Origin: an uncultured Gammaproteobacteria bacterium
Lineage (GTDB): Bacteria; Patescibacteriota; Patescibacteriia; UBA1558; 2-01-FULL-52-15
Direction: 5' to 3'
Length of the DNA: 64,000 bases
Assembly (NCBI GenBank): GCA_964402565.1
Contig: CAYOCJ010000002.1
Location: 391,340-455,339, forward strand
Shown here: positions 57,024 to 64,000 of the stretch, in pieces
Numbering within the stretch: the stretch's first letter is position 1
How the letters are laid out: the number at the start of each line of letters is the position of its first letter
Position numbers and translations under genes: made by a program
The notes under the pieces: generated by a model
Told to the model about the DNA's origin: nothing
Database searches by the model: none
Seen by the model: the letters and a program-made list of their open reading frames with translations, nothing else

Positions 57024-57575
57024 ATGAATAGAATGCATCAAAAGTACCAGAAAGAAATCGTACCGCTGTTGAAGAAAGAGCTTGGTATTTCGAATACGCT
57101 CGCGGTGCCTCGCATTACGAAGATTGTCTTGAACGTGGGGCTTTCAAAGTCATTGCAGGATAAGAAGTTCGTCGATATTGCAGCAATGACATTGACCAGG
57201 ATCACTGGGCAGAAGCCTGTCCTGACGAAAGCGAAAAAGTCCATTTCGAACTTCAAGATCCGCGAAGGCATGATCGTTGGCGCTATGGTTACCTTGCGTG
57301 GAAATAGAATGTATGATTTCCTCGATAAGCTCGTGAACGTTTCATTCCCGCGCATTCGAGACTTTCATGGCATTGACCCAAAGAAAGGCTTTGATGAACA
57401 CGGCAACTTCGCGCTTGGGTTCAAAGAACACTTGGTCTTCCCAGAAATCCCTGCTGATGACATCGAGCATATACATGGATTAGAGCTTGCGATCTCGACA
57501 ACGGCAAAGAATCGCGAAGAAGCATTCATGCTACTGACCGCATTTGGCTTCCCTTTTAAGAAAACAACGAAATAA
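57024..57575 (+). CDS. rplE: 50S ribosomal protein uL5
   Basis: ITGQKP, FKIREG, PRIRDF, FPEI. Confidence 0.99.
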   Translation: MNRMHQKYQKEIVPLLKKELGISNTLAVPRITKIVLNVGLSKSLQDKKFVDIAAMTLTRITGQKPVLTKAKKSISNFKIREGMIVGAMVTLRGNRMYDFLDKLVNVSFPRIRDFHGIDPKKGFDEHGNFALGFKEHLVFPEIPADDIEHIHGLELAISTTAKNREEAFMLLTAFGFPFKKTTK

Positions 57576-57577
57576 GT

Positions 57578-57772
57578 ATGGCAACGACAGCACAAACAGT
57601 TAAATCAGAGCGTTCTCTGACCAAGCCGAAATTCTCGACTCGGGTGGTACGGCGTTGCTGGCGCTGCGGACGGAAGCGCGCATTTATGCGCAAGTTCCAG
57701 ATGTGCCGCATTTGTTTCCGCGAACTGGCAAATAAGGGAGAAGTGCCAGGAGTTAAGAAAGCAAGTTGGTAG
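57578..57772 (+). CDS. rpsN: 30S ribosomal protein uS14 (zinc-binding type)
   Basis: RCWRCGR...CRICFRE...PGVKKASW. Confidence 0.98.
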   Translation: MATTAQTVKSERSLTKPKFSTRVVRRCWRCGRKRAFMRKFQMCRICFRELANKGEVPGVKKASW

Positions 57773-57793
57773 TTATAAGAATTTGAAAAGAAT

Positions 57794-58189
57794 ATGATTA
57801 CAGATCCAATCGCAGACATGCTTACCCGTATACGGAATGCCTCAGCAGCAAAAAAGCCTGAGGTGGTCTTGCCATACTCGCGTTTGAAGCATGCGATTGC
57901 AGATGTATTGGTCGGCGAGAACTATCTGTCGAAAGTCGAGAAGATCGAGACCACATCGGTTCCGCAGCTTCGACTGGTTTTGAAATATCGCAGTAACGGC
58001 AAGCCGTATATCAAGCACATCAAGCGCTTAAGCGTACCGAGCCGCCGTATCTATGTAACGAAAGATTCGCTCCCGCGCGTTTTGAACGGTTATGGCATTG
58101 CGCTTATTTCAAGCTCACAGGGTATTATGACCAATAAGCAGGCCCGCAAAACGCATACCGGCGGCGAGCTGCTCTTAGAAGTTTGGTAA
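57794..58189 (+). CDS. rpsH: 30S ribosomal protein uS8
   Basis: DPIADMLTRIRNA, GGE. Confidence 0.99.
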   Translation: MITDPIADMLTRIRNASAAKKPEVVLPYSRLKHAIADVLVGENYLSKVEKIETTSVPQLRLVLKYRSNGKPYIKHIKRLSVPSRRIYVTKDSLPRVLNGYGIALISSSQGIMTNKQARKTHTGGELLLEVW

Positions 58190-58199
58190 TTTGAATTGT

Positions 58200-58745
58200 A
58201 TGTCCAGAATTGGAAAAAAAATTATTACTATCCCAGCAGGCGTTACCGTTACGCAGAATGACGCAGAGATTACCGTGAAAGGACCGAAGGGATCATTGAC
58301 CCATCGGCTCGTGCCGGAGGTGCTTGTGGTGGTAGAGGGCGATACTATGCGCGTTGATTTGCGCGACCCGAACGTAAAAGGAGTTTCTGCGCTTTGGGGA
58401 TTGACCAGGGCTTTGGTCAATAATATGGTCGTTGGCGTCACCACCGGTTTCAGCAAAGGCTTGGAAATCAACGGCGTCGGATTCAAAGTTGCATTGCAGG
58501 GAAGAAAGCTGGTATTGAATGTAGGTTTTTCTCACCCCGTAGAATACATGCTTCCTGAAGGAATCGATGCTGCAGTCGAAAAGAACGTTATCACCATCAG
58601 CGGCCGGGACAGGCAGCTGGTCGGACAGGTAGCAGCAGAGATCAGAGATATCAAAAAGCCAGAACCATACAAAGGAAAAGGCATTAAATACACTGATGAG
58701 GTTATTCGACGCAAAGTCGGTAAAGTTATGAAGTCAGCAGCTTAA
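58200..58745 (+). CDS. rplF: 50S ribosomal protein uL6
   Basis: MSRIGK, PEPYKGKGI. Confidence 0.99.
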   Translation: MSRIGKKIITIPAGVTVTQNDAEITVKGPKGSLTHRLVPEVLVVVEGDTMRVDLRDPNVKGVSALWGLTRALVNNMVVGVTTGFSKGLEINGVGFKVALQGRKLVLNVGFSHPVEYMLPEGIDAAVEKNVITISGRDRQLVGQVAAEIRDIKKPEPYKGKGIKYTDEVIRRKVGKVMKSAA

Positions 58746-58749
58746 TGTT

Positions 58750-59112
58750 ATGAAAAATCGAAACAAGGTAAAACGAGCAGCAGATAAAGCACGAGCGAAA
58801 CGGGTTCGCCGCGGTTTAGTAGTGACGCAAGATCGTCCCCGCTTGTCCATCATGCGAAGTTTGAAGCATATCGGCGGGCAGATCATAACAACTGAAGGCA
58901 AAGTCCTGGCCGCTGTATCTGATACGCATGTTTCCGACATCAAGAAATTAAAAGGTGGCATGGCCAAAGCGAAAGCGACGGGAGCATTGCTTGCTGAGAA
59001 AGCACTGGCAAAAAAAGTTACGCATGTTGTTTTTGATAAAGGTTCCTATACCTATCATGGTCGTGTGAAAGCATTTGCTGATGCGGCCCGCGAAGCAGGA
59101 TTATCATTTTAA
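58750..59112 (+). CDS. rplR: 50S ribosomal protein uL18
   Basis: RPRL, VVFD...YHGRVKA.ADAARE.GL.F. Confidence 0.98.
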   Translation: MKNRNKVKRAADKARAKRVRRGLVVTQDRPRLSIMRSLKHIGGQIITTEGKVLAAVSDTHVSDIKKLKGGMAKAKATGALLAEKALAKKVTHVVFDKGSYTYHGRVKAFADAAREAGLSF

Positions 59113-59117
59113 ATTGT

Positions 59118-59705
59118 ATGACTGACGAAAAGAAACCACCAGTAAAAGGAACACCAGCAGACCCAAGGAATGCTGATCGGCCGCGCGCGCGCGGAGGATT
59201 CGCACGCCGCAGAGCGCAGTCGCCGCGTGAGCAAGATGAGTTCGATCAACGCATGATCGATTTGGCGCGCGTCACGCGCGTCATGGCAGGCGGCAAGCGC
59301 ATGCGTTTCCGTGCCTGTATGGTCATTGGTGACCGCAAAGGACGCATTGGCTGGGGCGTCGCGAAAGGCGCTGATGTTTCTATGGCCATCCAGAAGGCTG
59401 TAGCTCAGGCAAAGAAGAATATGATGACCGTCAGCATTGTTGACGGCACGATCCCACATGAGGTGCGCGTGAAATTTAAAGCAGCGCGCCTGCTCCTGAA
59501 GCCTGCGAAGAGCGGCAAAGGTCTTATTGCTGGCGGCGTGGTTCGCACCGTGTTAGAATTAGCTGGCGTCAAGAATATTATTTCAAAGATGCTCGGCTCA
59601 AAGAATAAAGTGAATAATGTTGCCGCAGTATTCAAAGCTCTCGGAAGCCTGAGACGAGTCGAACCGAATAAGCCGAAGACAGAACAGGCAGAAGCAAAAA
59701 AATAA
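59118..59705 (+). CDS. rpsE: 30S ribosomal protein uS5
   Basis: RVTRVMAGGK, LKPA..G.GLIAGG. Confidence 0.99.
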   Translation: MTDEKKPPVKGTPADPRNADRPRARGGFARRRAQSPREQDEFDQRMIDLARVTRVMAGGKRMRFRACMVIGDRKGRIGWGVAKGADVSMAIQKAVAQAKKNMMTVSIVDGTIPHEVRVKFKAARLLLKPAKSGKGLIAGGVVRTVLELAGVKNIISKMLGSKNKVNNVAAVFKALGSLRRVEPNKPKTEQAEAKK

Positions 59706-59708
59706 GTT

Positions 59709-60203
59709 ATGCAAGGACTACATACATTACATCCAGCAAAAGGCTCGCAACAGCGCAAGAAGCGCTTAGGCCGCGGCAATGGTTCAGGCATTGGCAGCTA
59801 TTCTGGCAAAGGGATCAAGGGACAGAAAGCCCGTTCGGGAAATAAAGGTTTGACCGCACGCAGCATGCGTCCGTATTTGCTTCGCATTCCGAAGGTGCGC
59901 GGATTCAAACCGGATTCATCTGGCTATACGCCGGTCGGTCTTACGGATCTGCAAAAGCATTTCAATTCTGGCGAGGCGGTAACGCCAAAGACATTGCGAT
60001 TGAAGGGCATCATTACCGGTTCATCAGCTCGCGTGAAAATACTCTCGACGGGAATGCTTGAAAAAAAGCTCAACGTTGTAGCACATGCATTTTCATCAGG
60101 CGCGAAAGCTGCCATCGAAAAAGCCGGAGGATCCGCTGAGATCCTCGGCAGTTCGAGAAAACCTGCTCCGGTGAAAAAGACGATGGAGCCGAAGGCTGAA
60201 TAA
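59709..60203 (+). CDS. rplO: 50S ribosomal protein uL15
   Basis: RLGRGNGSG, KGQKARSG, AIEKAGG; starts 3 nt after rpsE, leaving no room for rpmD. Confidence 0.98.
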   Translation: MQGLHTLHPAKGSQQRKKRLGRGNGSGIGSYSGKGIKGQKARSGNKGLTARSMRPYLLRIPKVRGFKPDSSGYTPVGLTDLQKHFNSGEAVTPKTLRLKGIITGSSARVKILSTGMLEKKLNVVAHAFSSGAKAAIEKAGGSAEILGSSRKPAPVKKTMEPKAE

Positions 60204-60214
60204 TATTCATTCAC

Positions 60215-61492
60215 ATGTTTGATAAAATAGTTCAGATATGGAGAGCGCGAGACGTTCGTAAGCGTCTGTTTTTCGTTATCGCCCTCATGGTCGTCTACCG
60301 CATAGCAGCGCATATCCCGCTGCCGGGCATCAATGCATCACAGTTGCGAAGTTTTTTTGATCAGGATCAGCTGTTCGGACTTCTGAACTTGTTTTCTGGC
60401 GGAGGCTTGAAAAGCTTTTCGATCGTCATGATGGGCGTGGGGCCGTATATCACCTCATCCATTATTTTCCAGCTCCTGACGATGATCATCCCGAAAATGG
60501 AAGCGATGCAGAAAGAGGGAGAAGCGGGGCAGCAGCGGATCAATCAATGGACCAGAATTGCGACCGTGCCGCTCGGCATGATCCAGTCATACGGATTCAT
60601 TGCTTTGTTGCAACAGCAATCAAAGGTTGATTTGATCAGCCATTTGAATATTTTCCAGCTTTTCGCCGCAATGCTGGTCGCCACTACGGGCACTGTTTTC
60701 CTTATGTGGCTCGGCGAGCTCATCACTGAGAAGAAGGTCGGCAATGGAACATCATTGATCATTTTTGCCGGTATCGTTGCAAATTTGCCAAGCTCAGTAC
60801 GGAATACTCTCGCAGTCTATGACTCGAGCCAGCTCGTCAGTATCGTTGCATTCATCGCGATAGCCATCGTCACCATTCTTGCTATCGTGTACATCACCGA
60901 AGGCCAGCGCAATATTCCTATTTCATATGCGCGCCAGGTCTATGGCGGCAGCGCTTCTGGCGGCGTCAATACCCATTTGCCTCTGCGTGTGAACCAGGCG
61001 GGCGTTATTCCCATCATCTTCGGAATATCAGTGGTGCTATTTCCGCCGATGATCGCGCGTTTTTTCCTCACTGCGCCGACCCCGTGGATAGCGAATGCAG
61101 CTGACTTTGTCGTCACCTTATTCCAGAATCAGCTCTTTTATGGAGCTATTTATTTCCTGATGGTCTTTATTTTCACCTATTTCTATACTTCCGTCGTTTT
61201 CAAACCGGAGCAGATCGCAGAAAATATCCAGAAGCAAGGCGGATTTATTCCAGGCATTCGGCCGGGGAAGCACACTGAGGATTATTTACGAGCTACGATG
61301 AATAAAGTGATCCTTGCAGGAGCTGTTTTCCTTGGTATCATTGCCGTCATGCCTATCGTTGTACAGTATTTCACCGGTGTAGCGACCTTAGCGATCGGCG
61401 GCACGAGTTTGCTCATCGTCGTTGCGGTCGTTATAGAATCCGTCAAACAAATTGACTCGCAGCTGGTCATGCGGGATTATGAAGGCTTTTAA
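60215..61492 (+). CDS. secY: Preprotein translocase SecY
   Basis: GVGPYITSSII, WLGELITE, GVIPIIF, IPGIRPG, GGTSLLI. Confidence 0.99.
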   Translation: MFDKIVQIWRARDVRKRLFFVIALMVVYRIAAHIPLPGINASQLRSFFDQDQLFGLLNLFSGGGLKSFSIVMMGVGPYITSSIIFQLLTMIIPKMEAMQKEGEAGQQRINQWTRIATVPLGMIQSYGFIALLQQQSKVDLISHLNIFQLFAAMLVATTGTVFLMWLGELITEKKVGNGTSLIIFAGIVANLPSSVRNTLAVYDSSQLVSIVAFIAIAIVTILAIVYITEGQRNIPISYARQVYGGSASGGVNTHLPLRVNQAGVIPIIFGISVVLFPPMIARFFLTAPTPWIANAADFVVTLFQNQLFYGAIYFLMVFIFTYFYTSVVFKPEQIAENIQKQGGFIPGIRPGKHTEDYLRATMNKVILAGAVFLGIIAVMPIVVQYFTGVATLAIGGTSLLIVVAVVIESVKQIDSQLVMRDYEGF

Positions 61493-61528
61493 TGAATAGC
61501 TGGAATACGATTTTTCAACCTTACTCCG

Positions 61529-61560
61529 ATATCCAGCCGACCGTTCGACTGGATATTTTG
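61529..61560 (+). terminator. Probable terminator after secY
   Basis: ATATCCAGCCGA-CCGT-TCGACTGGATAT-TTTG. Confidence 0.5.
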
Positions 61561-61592
61561 TGTTTTGCTGGTAATAAGCTACAATATATTTT

Positions 61593-62240
61593 ATGAGCGC
61601 ACCTATTGTATTCGTTTTTATAGGCCCGCAAGGTTCAGGTAAAGGCACGCAAGCTTCCATACTTGCTGATAAGTACGAATTTAAGATAATCGAAATGGGC
61701 AACCTGCTCAGGACTGAGGCTGCTCAAGAATCCGACCTGGGCCGCAGGGTGCGTGAAGTCATTAACCATGGAGATCTGGTGCCGACTGAATTGACCATGA
61801 ATTTGATACAAGACGAGCTGCAGCGGCATCCCCACCAGCAGAGAATTATTTTTGATGGTTTCCCGCGTAGTCTTGATCAGGCGCAGGAGTTGACGAAGGT
61901 CATTGAGGTTACCAAGGCGGTGCATATTGATCTGCCCTATGATGTTTCAGTGAAGCGTATTTCAGGGCGCTTGTTATGCGATCACGGACATTACTACAAT
62001 ACGTATTTCTTGCCGCCTGAAAAAGAAGGCATTTGCAATGTTGATCATACACCCCTGCATAAACGCGACGACGATACCGAAGAAGCGGTGAAGCATCGTC
62101 TCGAACTGTATGGCAGCGTCACGGTGAAAGTTCTTGAATACTACCGCGGCTTAGGCAAACTAGTAACGGTCAACGGAGACAAATCGGTGTTCGAAGTGTC
62201 GCATGAAATTAAAGAACAGGTGCTGAAAGGCCTGGTATGA
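61593..62240 (+). CDS. adk: Adenylate kinase
   Basis: GPQGSGKGTQ, DGFPR, RDDD. Confidence 0.96.
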   Translation: MSAPIVFVFIGPQGSGKGTQASILADKYEFKIIEMGNLLRTEAAQESDLGRRVREVINHGDLVPTELTMNLIQDELQRHPHQQRIIFDGFPRSLDQAQELTKVIEVTKAVHIDLPYDVSVKRISGRLLCDHGHYYNTYFLPPEKEGICNVDHTPLHKRDDDTEEAVKHRLELYGSVTVKVLEYYRGLGKLVTVNGDKSVFEVSHEIKEQVLKGLV

Positions 62241-62983
62241 TCGCGACGAAGAAAGAAGACATAGACAACCTCATCGAGGCTGGTCATTTGCTGCACAGCA
62301 TTCTCGCAAAGATCGTAGCCAAGGTTAAGCCCGGCGTTACGGGCGTCGAATTAAATGCTTTTGCTGAAGCGCTTATCAAAGAATGCGGCGCAACGCCTGC
62401 ATTCAAAGGCTATGGCCATCCGCCATATCCTGCAGCACTGTGCGTTTCGGTCAATCAATGCGTGGTGCACGGTATTCCAGATGCCAAGCCTTTGCAGAAT
62501 GGCGATATCGTCGGACTCGATATCGGTCTCGTGTATAAAGGCATCTATACTGATATGGCGCGAACTGTTGCCGTCGGCAAAGTCACGAAACGGGAGCAGG
62601 ATCTGATGAATACAGCTCGTGAAGCACTGGACGAAGCTCTCGAAATGATCCGGCCGGGCATCACTACTGGTGATATTGGTTTTGCGGTACAATCGTATGT
62701 AGAGAAGCGGGGTTTTGGGGTCGTGCGCGACCTTGCCGGCCATGGCGTTGGTAAGGATTTGCATGAGGATCCTGAAATTCCGAATTTCGGCATTAAAGGA
62801 AAAGGCGAAAAACTTGTGGAAGGAATGGTCCTGGCACTTGAACCTATGATAACGCTGGGGGACTGGGAAGTTGTCGTTGCTGACGATCAATGGAGCATAC
62901 TGACTGCTGACGGTTCAAAATCAGCTCACAGCGAAGACATGGTTTTGGTGACAAAAAACAGGCATATCGTCCTCACGGCATAA
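62237..62983 (+). CDS. map: Methionine aminopeptidase type I
   Basis: VVHGIP, DIG, DMART, GHGVG, HEDP, LEPM, SAHSE. Confidence 0.97.
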   Translation: MIATKKEDIDNLIEAGHLLHSILAKIVAKVKPGVTGVELNAFAEALIKECGATPAFKGYGHPPYPAALCVSVNQCVVHGIPDAKPLQNGDIVGLDIGLVYKGIYTDMARTVAVGKVTKREQDLMNTAREALDEALEMIRPGITTGDIGFAVQSYVEKRGFGVVRDLAGHGVGKDLHEDPEIPNFGIKGKGEKLVEGMVLALEPMITLGDWEVVVADDQWSILTADGSKSAHSEDMVLVTKNRHIVLTA

Positions 62984-62996
62984 CGCGAACGTATCT

Positions 62997-63386
62997 ATGA
63001 AGTATCTTGGCATCGATTTTGGAGAAAGTTATATTGGCCTCGCTATTGCAGACGAAAGAAAATTGGCCGTACCGGTGAAAGTGGTGCCATTCGATTCTGC
63101 GTTTTGGAAATTCGTGCAGAACTTTGTTGCGAAAGAAGGCGTTGCAGAAATTGTCATCGGCTGGCCTATCAGCATGGCAGGCGGGGAGAATCATCGTACG
63201 AAACGGACCGAGGGATTCATAGAAGAACTCGAAGAACATATTGCATTGCCCATCCATCGCGAGGACGAGCGCTTGTCATCTGCTGTGTCGCAGCGGAAAG
63301 GTGTCAAAGGCCGCGATGATGCTGCAGCCGCAGCAGAAATACTACAAACGTATTTAGACCGCAATGTTGCTTCCGCTACAGCTTAG
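62997..63386 (+). CDS. ruvX: RuvX/YqgF nuclease
   Basis: LGIDFG...IGLA, VIGWP, DERLSS, DAAAA..ILQ.YL. Confidence 0.93.
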   Translation: MKYLGIDFGESYIGLAIADERKLAVPVKVVPFDSAFWKFVQNFVAKEGVAEIVIGWPISMAGGENHRTKRTEGFIEELEEHIALPIHREDERLSSAVSQRKGVKGRDDAAAAAEILQTYLDRNVASATA

Positions 63387-64000
63387 TTTTATTTTCGGTT
63401 TTGCAACGCTGATAAGTTTTTTGCTTACCTTTGTTGTACGCGCTGTCGCGCGTGCTGCATCCATCGTCGATGTTCCGAATACTGACCGCAAGATACACCA
63501 CACGCCCATCCCGCTCATGGGCGGGCTTGCTCTCTATCTCACCGTTGCGTTGTGCATTGTACTGCTCCTGAGCTGGGGCTGGTTAAATGATACACGCGTG
63601 CCACTGCAATTGCTCGTCGGTCTGATCACGGCAGGCGGTTTCATTATGCTCGGCGGCATCCTCGATGATAAATATTCACTTTCATGGAGCGTGCAGACCT
63701 TATTTCCGCTCATAGCTTCAGTTATCATTTTGATCGCGGGTTTGCGCATCGGCTATGTAACGAATCCATTTGGCGGAGGGTTGGTCTATTTGAATAACGG
63801 GTGGCTCAGCGCGCTGTCCATGTTTTTTTTGATCCTATGGATGATGGGCATGATGTATACGACGAAACTTCTTGATGGCATTGATGGACTCACCACATCT
63901 GTCGGCATGGTCGGGTCGCTGGTCATTTTTGTAGTCAGTCTTTTTTGGGATCGTTCAGGTTCAACAACATCATTTTTAGCATTGGCACTTGCCGGCTCAT
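63364..64000 (+). CDS. WecA/TagO (MraY-like, glycosyltransferase family 4) phosphotransferase, partial
   Basis: Read by hand from ATG 63364: ..DVPNTDRKIHHTPIPLMGG..GILDD..LDGIDGL; runs off the window. Confidence 0.9.
   Translation, partial: MLLPLQLSFIFGFATLISFLLTFVVRAVARAASIVDVPNTDRKIHHTPIPLMGGLALYLTVALCIVLLLSWGWLNDTRVPLQLLVGLITAGGFIMLGGILDDKYSLSWSVQTLFPLIASVIILIAGLRIGYVTNPFGGGLVYLNNGWLSALSMFFLILWMMGMMYTTKLLDGIDGLTTSVGMVGSLVIFVVSLFWDRSGSTTSFLALALAGS

Noticed and set aside
1-64000. CRISPR array, rRNA, transposase, or stop-codon reassignment
   Set aside because: No regularly spaced repeats, rRNA-like tracts or transposase motifs; TGA ends parA and ftsZ and RF2 is present, consistent with the standard bacterial code.

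Overview
Core-genome stretch of a bacterium that is very probably Patescibacteria/CPR (Parcubacteria-like). This is inferred from the absence of rpmD/uL30 between rpsE and rplO, starts that mostly lack a Shine-Dalgarno (SD) sequence, extended r-proteins, a short Rel, and VirB2-like pilin fusions; TGA is used as a stop. Gene order: 3' end of an Mqo-like oxidoreductase, parAB, rel, topA, dprA, pth, der, LCP, lepB, hisS, rpsU, yqeY, a ~20 kb five-gene surface locus (13451-33557), ybeY, ftsAZ, nrdR, prfB, split comEC, response regulator, ndk, rpmB, M50 protease, the str/S10/spc clusters to secY-adk-map, ruvX and a partial WecA/MraY-family gene. The best candidate for a novel system is the surface locus. 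It encodes two proteins with nearly identical TrbC/VirB2-type pilin N-termini (one a ~3,880 aa Cys-rich multi-domain giant), a LamG protein ending in an intact Hint domain with only a 12-aa tail, and two membrane-anchored DxDxDG proteins. Other leads: a promoter-driven sRNA candidate displaying an anti-SD loop (6801-6914), an unusually strong SD on rpsU, a 6S-like RNA (43404-43533), a Phd-like orphan between fusA and tuf, and a Rel with a substituted hydrolase metal ligand. All domain calls come from motif recognition by eye, not from database searches.
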